Assembly (NCBI GenBank): GCA_003140935.1
Contig: PLLJ01000039.1
Span: 12,007 to 76,006 of the forward strand
DNA length: 64,000 nt
Direction: 5' to 3'
DNA from: Candidatus Omnitrophota bacterium
Lineage (GTDB): Bacteria > Omnitrophota > Omnitrophia > Omnitrophales > Aquincolibacteriaceae
Under the pieces are notes generated by a model, which had not been told where the DNA came from, did not search any database, and saw nothing but the letters and a program-made list of their open reading frames with translations. The position numbers were made by a program, and so were the translations under genes. Shown piece after piece: positions 36,747-46,844 of the stretch; position 1 is the first letter of the stretch; each line of letters opens with the position of its first letter.

Positions 36747-39203
36747 TTATCCGAGCGTCACTTCAACCCGGTGGGTTTTTCCGTCGCGGAGGTCCGGGAT
36801 GAGATTTTCTTTCTGCTTTTTCCCGTCCACCAGAACGGATCGGACTCCCTGCCCTGTTTGATCGGGATTCTTAACCTCGATCAAGTAGGTGCTGCCGCGG
36901 AAAAGACGTTTCATTTTAAATCCGGGCCACTTCTTCGGGATCACGGGATCCACGATCAATCCCTTGGCGGCTGGGCGAATGCCCAAGATCCAATTCATGG
37001 CCACCACTTCATACCACGCCGCTGATCCTGTGTACCAGGTCCAACCGCCGCGTCCGTTGTTGGGCGAATCCGGTCCGTCCACGTTCCCGGGTGTCACATA
37101 CGGCTCGCTATAATAAATATCCGGTTCCAAACCTCTTATCGCGGGATTAAAGCTTCTGTAGACCTGATGAGCTCGTTCTCCGTCATGCATCATCGCTTCG
37201 GCTTGGACCGCCCAGGTGCCGGCGTGTGTGTAAAGCCCGCCATTCTCACGAACGGAGGGGGCATAACGCGTGATGTAGCCGATCGTTGCGTCGGTCACGT
37301 TGTAGCCCGGCGTGAGAAGAAGCGGCCCGTATTTTTTATAAAGCCACTTCGCGGCCGAATCCATCGCAATGCGCGCACGCTTTGCGTCCGCCACGCCCGT
37401 AATGACGGCCCAGGTTTGGCAATTAAGGAAGATCTTTCCCGTCTCACACTTTTTGCTGCCAAGCGGTCTTCCGTCGTCGCGCGTGGCGCCCAAATACCAT
37501 TCCCCGTCCCATCCCTGCTCGTTAATCGCTTTTTTCATCGCCTCCGCGCGCTGGAGATACTCCGCCGCCTTGGGCGCATCGCCCCTCTTTTCCATGACCG
37601 GCGCGATGCGGTTCAATATGCCGTAGAGAAAATGTCCGAGCCAGATCGACTCGCCTTTCCACTTGGTACCCACATGACTCAACCCATCGTTCCAATCGCA
37701 TTCACCGATCAGGGGAAGGCCTCGCGGCGAAAATCTTGCGAGGACTTTGTCGATCGCGCGAAGCATGTGATCGTAAAGCGTTCCCGAGGTGACTTCTTTG
37801 GTCTTCGGGTCCGGCAGGAATTTCACGACCGCGTTCAGGATCGCTTCATCGGCGGTTTCATCCAGATAGTTCAGCGTGATAAAGTCGAGCCATAGCAGAT
37901 CGTCCGAGCAGTGGGTAATAGCGCCGATGTTCGTTCCGTGATGCCACCAGTGATAAACTGTCCCGTCCGGGAATTGTTGTTCCGCGTGGAGAAGGATCTG
38001 TTTTTTAGCGAGTTCGGGCCGGGTCGCAAAAAAGATCTGGCAGTCCTGCAGCTGATCCCGGAACCCATAGCCGCCGCTTGACTGATAGTAGGCGCACTTG
38101 GCCCAAATGCGCGCGGAGATCGCTTGATATTTCATCCAGGTGTTCGTCATGAAGTTGAGGGCCTCGTCCGGCGTTTCGACTTCGGAGGCGTGGATAAAGG
38201 AGTCCCAAAGAGCTTTCACTTTATTGAGTTCCTGTTCTGCGACCCGGGGATGGGAATATTTCTGGATGATCCGTTCGGCCTCTTCCCGGGTCCGCGTGGA
38301 ACCTAGCGTGAAGATCACGGTCTTGGATTCCTTCGGCCCGAGTTCAACATCCACTTGCAGGCTTGCCGCCGCATCGCCCCACTTCCCTTCGGACCCGCGG
38401 CACTTTCCTTCCACTACGGCCGCCGGCGCATGGATCTCGCCATATCGCCCCAGAAAGGATTCCTTATCGCCGTCATACGCCACGGGCTTGGGGTTCGCTG
38501 CGTGAAATCCTTGGAGCGGCTTTTCGGTCATGCCGGTTGAGATGAATCCCGGTACAAGGGGTGCTCGCTTGATACCGTGAATGCATCCGTTTTTTTTATC
38601 GATCCAGGTTTCGATGAATGTTTTATGGAATTCGCGGTGCGTGTCCGACCAATTCCCCAAGCACCAGTCGAAGTAGGTAAAAAGGCTGAGCCGTCTTTTT
38701 TTTCCGGATTGATTCGTCAAAACGACCTTCCAGACCTCGACCGGATCTTCCACGTCGACAAAGATCGTCTTTTCGAGCCGGATCCCGTGAAGCTTGCTGG
38801 TCAGGATCGAGTAACCTTGTCCGTGGCGTACTTCGAAAAAATCGTATTTCGGCATGCACGGTTTCCAGGTGCCGGACCAGTAGTCCCCATTATCCCGATC
38901 GCGCACGTAAATATATTTCCCCCAGTTGTCGCGGATCAGGTCCTGGTCCCATCGTGTGACGCGCGACAAGTTTGAGTTGTCGCGCCACGAAAATCCCGAT
39001 CCGGTTTGTGTTTCGATGGTTCCGTAATCCCCGTTGGAGATCACGTTCACCCACGGGCGTGGCGTATCGGGACGCGTGATGACAAACTCACGTCCATCAG
39101 CCGTAAAATAGCCGTATTTTGAAGCGAATTTTTTTTCAACGCCATCTTCTTTTAGAAGCATTTTGGCTTCCGCTTTTTTTCTTTCCTTGGATTTTCTGGG
39201 CAT
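36747..39203 (-). CDS. GH94 glycoside phosphorylase (cellobiose/chitobiose phosphorylase-like)
   Basis: TPRPWVNVI.N, GYGFRDQLQD, SDDLLWL, DWNDGL, ENGG.YTHA, WYTGSA.W. Confidence 0.92.
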   Translation of the reverse strand: MPRKSKERKKAEAKMLLKEDGVEKKFASKYGYFTADGREFVITRPDTPRPWVNVISNGDYGTIETQTGSGFSWRDNSNLSRVTRWDQDLIRDNWGKYIYVRDRDNGDYWSGTWKPCMPKYDFFEVRHGQGYSILTSKLHGIRLEKTIFVDVEDPVEVWKVVLTNQSGKKRRLSLFTYFDWCLGNWSDTHREFHKTFIETWIDKKNGCIHGIKRAPLVPGFISTGMTEKPLQGFHAANPKPVAYDGDKESFLGRYGEIHAPAAVVEGKCRGSEGKWGDAAASLQVDVELGPKESKTVIFTLGSTRTREEAERIIQKYSHPRVAEQELNKVKALWDSFIHASEVETPDEALNFMTNTWMKYQAISARIWAKCAYYQSSGGYGFRDQLQDCQIFFATRPELAKKQILLHAEQQFPDGTVYHWWHHGTNIGAITHCSDDLLWLDFITLNYLDETADEAILNAVVKFLPDPKTKEVTSGTLYDHMLRAIDKVLARFSPRGLPLIGECDWNDGLSHVGTKWKGESIWLGHFLYGILNRIAPVMEKRGDAPKAAEYLQRAEAMKKAINEQGWDGEWYLGATRDDGRPLGSKKCETGKIFLNCQTWAVITGVADAKRARIAMDSAAKWLYKKYGPLLLTPGYNVTDATIGYITRYAPSVRENGGLYTHAGTWAVQAEAMMHDGERAHQVYRSFNPAIRGLEPDIYYSEPYVTPGNVDGPDSPNNGRGGWTWYTGSAAWYEVVAMNWILGIRPAAKGLIVDPVIPKKWPGFKMKRLFRGSTYLIEVKNPDQTGQGVRSVLVDGKKQKENLIPDLRDGKTHRVEVTLG

Positions 39204-39243
39204 GACAACAAAAACTCCTTGGCTTTTTATTTTAAAGTGTTTT

Positions 39244-40539
39244 TTATTCGGCTTGCTTCAGCTGCGCGTTAATTTCGGGGGCCATTTCTTTGGCGGCTTC
39301 CGCGGCAGTTTTTTTCCCGTTAAAAATAAGGTCCAGTTTGGGGCGGATATACTTTTCTTCTATTTCACGCCATTTCGGATGAAAGGGGCTGAAGACCACG
39401 TACTGCACTGCTTCGTTCAGCATTTTTTTATTTTTAGGCGCGGCGCTGTCTCCGGCAAAGGCGTCGCTTTTCGCCACGGAAATGCGCGCGGGCTGAGCGA
39501 GTCCCCGTTTGGCAAATTGTCTTTGCCCTTCGGGTCCGGTCAGAGCTTTGACCACCTCCCACGCTTCTTTTTTGTGTCTCGAAGATTTAAGGATCGCATA
39601 TCCCGTCCCTCCGGTCCCAAAGGCACGGACACCCCTATCGTTTTTGGGGAACATCACCGCGTCCCATTCGAATTTATAATTACGGAATTGAGGGGTCTCC
39701 CAAATGCCGGAAAGGAACATCGCAATGCGGCCGTTGGCGAACATCCGGTCCACCCCCATTCCGAAATTCGTGAAAGCCGTGGGCGTCGGCATAGCTTCAT
39801 AAAGATTGCTCAGATCGGCGTAGAATTGGAGCCCCATGATGGAGCGGTCGTCATCGAGCCGGGTCTTCGTGGGATTTTTAACATCATCCACGAGCCCGCC
39901 ACCGTTCCCATAAATGAAATTTTGCCAAGCCCAAGTGTAAAAGCCATATTGCGTAATGCGGCCGGAACTGTCTTTTTTGGTAAGTTCGCGCGCCAAACGC
40001 AGCATGTCGCTCCAGTTCCAATCGTCGGTGGGATAAGGGATCCCCGCCTCATCAAAGACCTTTTTATTGTAGAACACGCAAGCGAACGGGGCGATGTCTC
40101 GCGGCGCCGCAAGGAGCTTTCCCTGGTAAGTGAAGCGATCGATGATCTGCGGGAAAAAATCTTTCCTGTCAAATCCCGCCGGGTTGGCGGTCTCAAGCGG
40201 CGTCAGGTCTTCCAAAACGCCCTTGGTCGCGAACGTCACAAAGTAGTCGACCTCGGTGGCAATGATGTCGGGCGCTGCGCCGCCCGCGATCCGCGTGAGG
40301 ATCTTGCTGATGTAGCCGGTGTAGGGCGTGTGCTCGAAAATGATCTTAATCTCAGGATGTTCGGCTTGCCAGGGCGCAAGAGCTTCGGTAATGATGCCGA
40401 TCTCTTCGGGTGTTCCCCAGAAGCTTACCTTAATTTCTGTGGGTCCTTGGGTCCCCGTCCCGGCCGGAGAACCACAGCCGGTCAAAACAAAGATTGTTAA
40501 AAGAATGGAAAAACCCTTCGCCCAAAAACTTTTCAGCAT
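39244..40539 (-). CDS. Sugar ABC transporter substrate-binding lipoprotein
   Basis: Lipobox LTGC; GG.APDI, FYNKKVFDEAG, F.NG..AM. Confidence 0.9.
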   Translation of the reverse strand: MLKSFWAKGFSILLTIFVLTGCGSPAGTGTQGPTEIKVSFWGTPEEIGIITEALAPWQAEHPEIKIIFEHTPYTGYISKILTRIAGGAAPDIIATEVDYFVTFATKGVLEDLTPLETANPAGFDRKDFFPQIIDRFTYQGKLLAAPRDIAPFACVFYNKKVFDEAGIPYPTDDWNWSDMLRLARELTKKDSSGRITQYGFYTWAWQNFIYGNGGGLVDDVKNPTKTRLDDDRSIMGLQFYADLSNLYEAMPTPTAFTNFGMGVDRMFANGRIAMFLSGIWETPQFRNYKFEWDAVMFPKNDRGVRAFGTGGTGYAILKSSRHKKEAWEVVKALTGPEGQRQFAKRGLAQPARISVAKSDAFAGDSAAPKNKKMLNEAVQYVVFSPFHPKWREIEEKYIRPKLDLIFNGKKTAAEAAKEMAPEINAQLKQAE

Positions 40540-40712
40540 GCGGAATTCCCTTCGTTAGAAAGGTGTCTATCGGCTTTGCGAGGAATCGCCTTTTAAAATG
40601 ATAAGAACGAGATGCGAAAGCGATAAAGCGCGGAAATTATAACACATGGGCTGGGTTTCCTGTAAAGGCTCTTTTCTCGCCGTCCGATCCATGAGAGGCG
40701 TCCCTGGGAAGA

Positions 40713-41660
40713 TCACCCCCGCGGCAAACCGATCTTTTGGAGAACGCGGTCGAGGTCATCGAGCGAGAAATACTGTATCTCGACGCGTCCTTCTTTTTGA
40801 TTTTTGCGCGGATAAATTTTTGCCTGCGTTCCAAGAAAGTGCGTCAAGCGCGTTTCGAGATCCACAATTTCGGCGCTAAGATGCCGGGCGGATTTCGCCT
40901 TTCTCTTGTGTGCATTGCTTCGATTGACAATGGCTTCGACCTGGCGGACCGACAGGTTCTCTTCAACGATCCTTTTGGCCATTTGCCGCTGATGTTCCGG
41001 CGTCAAAAGACCCAGGAGCGCGCGGGCATGTCCCGCCGAAAGCCTTCCTTCCACAAGATACTGTTTTATTTCCTGAGGCAACCGTAAAAGCCTGAGCGTG
41101 TTCGTCACCGTCACGCGATTCTTCCCCACCCGTTTCGCAACCTCGTCCTGGGAGATCCGTCTTTCCTCCACGAGCCGCTGGTAGGCTTCCGCTTCTTCAA
41201 TGGGGTTCAGATCTTCGCGTTGAATATTCTCGATCAGCGCCCATTCCAGAAAATCTTCGTCAGCAACGTCTTTGATGATCGCCGGCACTTCGCTTAGGCC
41301 GCAAAGTGACGCTGCGCGGAATCTCCTCTCGCCACACACGAGCTCGAATGTCCCGCCGTTTTTTTTCTTAACAATGATGGGTTGCAAAACGCCTTTTTCG
41401 CGGATAGAGTCGGCAAGCTCTTCTATGGTTTCCGTGTTAAAAGTTTTCCGGGGTTGATCTATGTTGGGTGCGATCAGGGATATCGGTATCACTTGAAAGG
41501 CCGAACTCTTTTCCGGAAGAACGGTTGTGGGAGCAGCGGTCTCCGGCTCCGTAGTGACGGTGGCTGTTGTTACGGGAATTTCTTTCTCGGTCGCTGCCAT
41601 GTGGTTTTTATAGCTGTCAGGGATGAGCGCGCTTAATCCTTTACCCAGGGCTTTTTTCAT
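40713..41660 (-). CDS. parB: Chromosome partition protein ParB
   Basis: LGKGLSAL, QPRK.F, GERRFRA, LIENIQREDL, HTH, GHARALL. Confidence 0.97.
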   Translation of the reverse strand: MKKALGKGLSALIPDSYKNHMAATEKEIPVTTATVTTEPETAAPTTVLPEKSSAFQVIPISLIAPNIDQPRKTFNTETIEELADSIREKGVLQPIIVKKKNGGTFELVCGERRFRAASLCGLSEVPAIIKDVADEDFLEWALIENIQREDLNPIEEAEAYQRLVEERRISQDEVAKRVGKNRVTVTNTLRLLRLPQEIKQYLVEGRLSAGHARALLGLLTPEHQRQMAKRIVEENLSVRQVEAIVNRSNAHKRKAKSARHLSAEIVDLETRLTHFLGTQAKIYPRKNQKEGRVEIQYFSLDDLDRVLQKIGLPRG

Positions 41661-41695
41661 TTTTCCAACTCCTATTTTTTATAACCACGCTGTTC

Positions 41696-42589
41696 TTACG
41701 GATTTGCTTGTGTCGTTTGGGGCCGTTCGTCTACAGGCGCAAGGTCTGCTTCCTTTATTTCCTCCTCCGCGGTGCTCACGGTGTTCTCTTGTGCGGTCGA
41801 GATGAAACTGCTTCGGTCATCGTCTGAACCAAAACGTACTAAAAATTCCTTCCCGAGATCCACGTAGGCCACCGACCCGCGATTATGCGGATCATAGATC
41901 ACGGCGGGTTTCCCAAAGCTTGGCGCCTCGGAAAGCTTCACAGACCTCGGAATTATGGTTTGAAACGTTTTTTCTTTAAAATAATTTCGAACCTCCTCGA
42001 TCACTTGCTGTGTCAAGTTGGTCCGAATATCTGCCATGGTGAGAATGACTCCTCCAAGCTCAATGTCTGCGCTTAGATTCTTTTTAACGAGTTGGTAGGT
42101 ATTCAGGAGCTGTCCGAGACCCTCGAGAGCATAGTACTCGCATTGAAGCGGTATGATTATATAACTACTTGCAGTTAAAGCATTTATGCTTATTAGTCCG
42201 AGTGATGGCGGACAGTCCAGAAATATGTAGTCGTAGTTTTCTGAAATACTCTTTAGCTGCTCTTTAAGAATAAACTCTCTTTTCTCCTGGCCGATCAGGT
42301 GCATCTCTGCGCCGGCAAGGTGGGCGTTCGATGGAATGATCCATAGGTTTTCTATAGGTGTTTTTTTGATGACTGTCTCTGGACTATGGTTTTCCACAAG
42401 AAGTTGATAAGCTGTTGATTCGTTTTCGTTCTTTTCTATCCCAACTCCGCTAGTAGCGTTGCCTTGCGAATCTAAGTCGATAAGCAAAATCTTCTTTCCA
42501 AATCCAGCCATAACTGTAGCGATATTGATTACCGAAGTTGTTTTTCCAACGCCGCCTTTTTGGTTGAAGAACGAAAATATTTTCCCCAT
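41696..42589 (-). CDS. parA: Chromosome partition ATPase ParA/Soj
   Basis: NQKGGVGKTT, DLDSQGNAT, DCPPSLG, QCEYYALEG, EAPSFG. ATG 42589 with GGAGG RBS. Confidence 0.97.
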   Translation of the reverse strand: MGKIFSFFNQKGGVGKTTSVINIATVMAGFGKKILLIDLDSQGNATSGVGIEKNENESTAYQLLVENHSPETVIKKTPIENLWIIPSNAHLAGAEMHLIGQEKREFILKEQLKSISENYDYIFLDCPPSLGLISINALTASSYIIIPLQCEYYALEGLGQLLNTYQLVKKNLSADIELGGVILTMADIRTNLTQQVIEEVRNYFKEKTFQTIIPRSVKLSEAPSFGKPAVIYDPHNRGSVAYVDLGKEFLVRFGSDDDRSSFISTAQENTVSTAEEEIKEADLAPVDERPQTTQANP

Positions 42590-42601
42590 ATATCCTCCAA
42601 A

Positions 42602-42617
42602 TGTTTCACGTGAAACG
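42602..42617. promoter_or_regulatory. parS site
   Basis: TGTTTCACGTGAAACG, 15/16 match to the consensus TGTTTCACGTGAAACA. Confidence 0.9.
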
Positions 42618-42903
42618 TTCCCTTTGATAAAGCAATGCTGAAACAAGGATCTTTTGCCTTTAATACCATATCGTCCATTCTCGCGAATATTTTACATACA
42701 ATTATTTTTATGGCAACTAGTATTGTTGCCCGTTCCGTTCTGAAGTTTCGTGTCAAGCGTCTCGTGGAGAATCGATCCGTTGCCTTCAAAATAAATTTCT
42801 TGGACGAATTTCTGATAAACCTACCTCGTTATTTAATCGAATCTCAATACGCTCATCCTGGTTCTGGCTATAAAGAGCTCGCTGGCCACTGTGCTTTGAA
42901 TGA

Positions 42904-42919
42904 GGTTTCACGTGAAACA
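42904..42919. promoter_or_regulatory. parS site
   Basis: GGTTTCACGTGAAACA, 15/16 match to the consensus. Confidence 0.9.
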
Positions 42920-43104
42920 ATATTATAAGTTTTAGTAATGGATATGGACATGTCTTTTTATGTGCATTCGGATTATGTCTTTTTGTGGCACAGGATTGCG
43001 GTTGCTACGGAGAGAACGCAGCCACTCTAACCGAAATTTCCACAAACTTCGTCCCTTTTGTTTGAAGTGTTCTTTTTGGCTCTCCAGATGTTCCAAAAGA
43101 GCTT

Positions 43105-44931
43105 TTATTTCTTGGAAGTTTCTTTCGCTTTCTTTTCAATGAAAACGGCAAGCAGGGAAAGATCGCAGGAAGAGATCCCGGGAATTCTTGCGGCGTGTCC
43201 AATGGACTCTGGAAGGATTTTTTTTAGCTTTTCTTTTGCTTCGCGCCCGATTCCATGTATTTCGTCGTAGTTCAAACCAGCTGGTATTTTCTTTTTTTCG
43301 AGTTTTGAAAATTTTTGGACCTCGCGCCGCTGCTGAGCAATATATCCCTCGTATTTTATTTCCGTTTCGACGCGATGGATTTCATCATCCGAAAGATTAC
43401 ATGAGTGTAACTTGTTTTTTACTAGCATGTTATGACTTATTTCTGGACGCTTCAATAACTGGTAGAGCGTTTCACCTCCGCTTTTTTTTGCCTGGAGCTC
43501 CTGCGTATCGCGGTGTATCCGATCCACACGTTCGTTGAATTCCGCGAATTTTTTTTCCGAGACAAGGTCGAACTGGTGCCCGTAGAACATGAGTCTTTCA
43601 TCCGCATTGTCCTGCCGCAGCAAAAGCCGGAATTCCGCGCGCGAGGTGAACATCCGGTAGGGCTCATTAGTACCGCACGTAACAAGGTCATCGATCATCA
43701 CCGCAATATAAGCCTCGGTCCTGTCGAGGACAAATTCGCTGCCGCCGCAAAGTTTCCGGATCACATTGAGTCCCGACATAAGTCCTTGGGCCGCAGCTTC
43801 TTCATATCCAGACGTACAGTTGATCTGGCCCGCAAAAAACAGATTTCTTATTTTTTTTGTCTCCAGTGAATGTTTCAGTTGGGTAGGAGGCGCGGCGTCG
43901 TATTCGATCGCATAGCCGAATTTCAGGATCTCAGCGTCTTTAAGCCCTCGGATCTGCCGCAGGGCCGTCTCCTGGACGTCCTTGGGGAGCGAGGTCGAGA
44001 AACCGTTCATGTAGATCTCGAACGTGTTGCGCCCCTCGGGCTCCAAGTAGATCTGATGGGTTTTTTTGTCCCGGAACTTCACGACCTTATCTTCCACCGA
44101 GGGACAATACCTGGGTCCGATCCCGGCGATGCTCCCCGAGTAAAGAGGGGAGCGGTTTAAATTTTTGCGGATGATGTCATGAACCTTTTCATTGGTGTGC
44201 GTCAAATAGCAGGGGAGTTGCTTGACAGTAAGTTTTTTTGTTTGGTAGGAGAAAGGCGGGGGAGGCTCATCGCCCCGTTGTTCTTCTAGTAATTCCCAAC
44301 GAATACTTTTTTGGTGGAGACGCGGCGGCGTGCCCGTTTTGAAACGGACAAGTTCGATCCCGTGGCTTCGTAACGAATCGGAAAGGCCGATGGCGGGAGG
44401 TTCATCACGCCGTCCGCCCGGGACCTTTTCCTCGCCCACGTGGATCAGCCCCTGAAGAAAAGTTCCCGTGGTCAAAATCACATGCTCGCCTAAAAAGGTT
44501 TCGCCCTCCTTTGTGCGAACGCCATAACACGCGCCGTCTTTTACGAGAAGTTCCACAACCTGTCCCTGGTAAAGTGTAAGGTTTTTTTCGGCCTCGAGAG
44601 CGCGCTTCATATAAAGCTCGTATTCCTTCTTATCCGCCTGCGCTCGCGGTGCCCACACGGCCGGCCCCTTGGACTTGTTGAGCATGCGGAACTGAATGCC
44701 TGTTGTGTCTGTTGCGAGGCCCATTTCGCCGCCGAGGGCGTCTATCTCGCGGACGATATGCCCCTTGGCAAGCCCGCCGATCGCCGGATTACAGGACATG
44801 CGCGCAATGGCGTTCGTATCCATGGTGATCACGAGAACGGGGAACCCGCTTCGCGCGATGGCAAGAGAGGCTTCGACGCCGGCATGTCCGGCGCCAACGA
44901 TGATAGCGGCAAATATCTGTGAAGAAGTCAT
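43105..44931 (-). CDS. mnmG: tRNA U34 modification enzyme MnmG (GidA)
   Basis: VGAGHAGVEA, MSCNPAIGG, KTGTPPR, GPRYCPS.EDK, AGQIN.TSGYEEAAAQG, YRMFTSRAE. Confidence 0.98.
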   Translation of the reverse strand: MTSSQIFAAIIVGAGHAGVEASLAIARSGFPVLVITMDTNAIARMSCNPAIGGLAKGHIVREIDALGGEMGLATDTTGIQFRMLNKSKGPAVWAPRAQADKKEYELYMKRALEAEKNLTLYQGQVVELLVKDGACYGVRTKEGETFLGEHVILTTGTFLQGLIHVGEEKVPGGRRDEPPAIGLSDSLRSHGIELVRFKTGTPPRLHQKSIRWELLEEQRGDEPPPPFSYQTKKLTVKQLPCYLTHTNEKVHDIIRKNLNRSPLYSGSIAGIGPRYCPSVEDKVVKFRDKKTHQIYLEPEGRNTFEIYMNGFSTSLPKDVQETALRQIRGLKDAEILKFGYAIEYDAAPPTQLKHSLETKKIRNLFFAGQINCTSGYEEAAAQGLMSGLNVIRKLCGGSEFVLDRTEAYIAVMIDDLVTCGTNEPYRMFTSRAEFRLLLRQDNADERLMFYGHQFDLVSEKKFAEFNERVDRIHRDTQELQAKKSGGETLYQLLKRPEISHNMLVKNKLHSCNLSDDEIHRVETEIKYEGYIAQQRREVQKFSKLEKKKIPAGLNYDEIHGIGREAKEKLKKILPESIGHAARIPGISSCDLSLLAVFIEKKAKETSKK

Positions 44932-44940
44932 TTTACCCGG

Positions 44941-44993
44941 AAAACGGGAAACGCAGAACGGGGAGCGCTTGCCGTTCCCCAGAAACGTTTCCC
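44941..44993. repeat. Heptamer-periodic imperfect hairpin in the yidC-mnmG spacer
   Basis: AAAACGG GAAACGC AGAACGG GGAGCGC … CCGTTCC … CGTTTCCCG. Confidence 0.4.
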
Positions 44994-45000
44994 GCGGTAT

Positions 45001-46626
45001 CTATTGGTCTTCGTGGTGCAGAACAATCACAATGCGATTGATGAAGGTCTGCTGGATAATTGAAAAAACGTTCTGCAGCGTCCAATAAAGCGTGAGCCCC
45101 GATGGCATGTTATAGCAGATGACGCCGAAAAAGATGGGCATGATGCTCATCATCGTTTGTTGTTCCGGGCTTGACCCGGGCTGCGCCGGCATGAGCTTTT
45201 GATACCAGACCTGGGAGGCTGCCATCAGGATCGGAAGAATGTTGAGCGAATTCCATCCGAGGAGAGGCACCGTAAAGGGAAGCATCATAAAGTGGTCCGG
45301 CGCGGAAAGGTCCTTGATCCATCCGATGAAGGGAGCTCCATGAAGCTCGATCGCTTCGGGCAGGAGCTTGAACATAGCCATAAAAACCGGTATTTGGATC
45401 AGCATGGGAAGACACCCCATCATGGGGTTCACCTTGTTACGCCGGTAAAGTGACATGATCTCTTGCTGGGATTTTGCCGGATCTTTTTTGTGATGTTCTT
45501 GGATCGCCTTCATTTTCGGCGCTAAGGCTTGCATTTTTTTCATACTTGCGTAGCTCAGATGCGTCAGCGGCGCAAAGATCAACTTGATGAGAAGGGTCAG
45601 AAGTACCAGCGCCCAGCCGAAATTATGCGTGTACTGGTTTAAGAATTTCAGAACCGCAAGAATTCCCATTTTAAAAAGGCCGAAAAGCCCCCGGGCAAAA
45701 ACCTCTTCGAACCCCACTCCGAAACTTTTGAGCTCCTCGTATCGCTGCGGCCCGGCGTAGATCAGGAAGTTGCGTTCGCCTTCGCCTTCCCCCGACACTG
45801 TCAGGGGTTCCAACGTCATTTGTCCCCAAAGGTTTTTTTCGTCGGCCCTTGCGTTTCCTTCGATGATCTTGCCATCTGGTTTTACGAGCAGTGCGAAATA
45901 CTTTTTAATGAGCCCCGCCCACACGGTCGGATCGGCGAAAGAAAATCCTTTTTTTCTGACGCCGGAAAGACCCTTGGTTTGGAGTTTGTCCGCATAGGCC
46001 ACTGCGTCGTAATAACCGTACTTTTTCTGATAGCCCTCTTCGTAACCTATTCCGTAATTCAGCGTGATCGGAAAGTGTTTTTCTCGTCCGGAAAGATTCT
46101 TGATCCGGACGACAAGGTCGATCACGGGTTGATTTTCGCGGAACGTATAGGTTTTGGTCAGCTGGTATTCTCCGGGAAGCTCGTAAGAGAACTCTGTGCT
46201 TTCTCCCTTGCGGACCATTTTAAAGATGGTTTGCGCGAGATCCGCTTTTTCGTGCAGGACGTTCACGCTAAAAATACCGGGTTCGCGCGAGTCTCCCGAA
46301 AAAAGGTCCGTTTTGGTAAAAGCCTGCCGGTTCTTCTCTCCCAAAAAGGAAAGCGACGCAATGGTGCCTCCCAGGGTGGAAAATTCTGCTTTGTAGAAGG
46401 AGTTCTCGTAGGGCGCGATAGCCGGAACAACCGCTTTTCCCAGTGCTGTTCCTTCGGGAGTTGCCGGAGAGATAACCTCCTTTATGGAAGCCGTTTCTTT
46501 CTGAGAGACCGCCGCCTTCGCGGGTTGTTGCTGATAGGCCGCCGGATAGAATTTTTTGAGCAGCATGGGGTAGAGCAACATGACCATCATGGCGAGAACA
46601 ATGGCTTTAACGGTGTTTTTATCCAT
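45001..46626 (-). CDS. yidC: Membrane protein insertase YidC
   Basis: N-terminal TM, periplasmic domain, NFGWAL..LT, SMKKMQ, NPMMGCLPMLIQIP, WIKDLS.PD, PSGL.LYW. Confidence 0.97.
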   Translation of the reverse strand: MDKNTVKAIVLAMMVMLLYPMLLKKFYPAAYQQQPAKAAVSQKETASIKEVISPATPEGTALGKAVVPAIAPYENSFYKAEFSTLGGTIASLSFLGEKNRQAFTKTDLFSGDSREPGIFSVNVLHEKADLAQTIFKMVRKGESTEFSYELPGEYQLTKTYTFRENQPVIDLVVRIKNLSGREKHFPITLNYGIGYEEGYQKKYGYYDAVAYADKLQTKGLSGVRKKGFSFADPTVWAGLIKKYFALLVKPDGKIIEGNARADEKNLWGQMTLEPLTVSGEGEGERNFLIYAGPQRYEELKSFGVGFEEVFARGLFGLFKMGILAVLKFLNQYTHNFGWALVLLTLLIKLIFAPLTHLSYASMKKMQALAPKMKAIQEHHKKDPAKSQQEIMSLYRRNKVNPMMGCLPMLIQIPVFMAMFKLLPEAIELHGAPFIGWIKDLSAPDHFMMLPFTVPLLGWNSLNILPILMAASQVWYQKLMPAQPGSSPEQQTMMSIMPIFFGVICYNMPSGLTLYWTLQNVFSIIQQTFINRIVIVLHHEDQ

Positions 46627-46634
46627 TTTTTTCC

Positions 46635-46844
46635 TTATGGGACGGGGTCGAATCCGCCGGCGTGAAAAGGATGACACTTACAAAACCTCTGGAATGCGAG
46701 CCACGTGCCGGCAAGAGCACCTTTTTTGTTCAGCGCTTCTTCCGCATAAACGGAACAGCTCGGGGTAAAGCGACAGCAGGGCCCCAAAAAAGGTGCGCCA
46801 ACCGCACGGTAAAAACGGATCATGAGGATCAGAAAATTTTTCAC
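46635..46844 (-). CDS. yidD: Membrane protein insertion efficiency factor YidD
   Basis: CRFTPSCSVYA…RFCKCHPFHAGGFDPVP. GTG 46844 overlaps the rnpA stop. Confidence 0.93.
   Translation of the reverse strand: MKNFLILMIRFYRAVGAPFLGPCCRFTPSCSVYAEEALNKKGALAGTWLAFQRFCKCHPFHAGGFDPVP

Noticed and set aside
44986-45001. Third parS-like site (CGTTTCCCGCGGTATC)
   Set aside because: Too many mismatches to the consensus, and it overlaps the heptamer hairpin.
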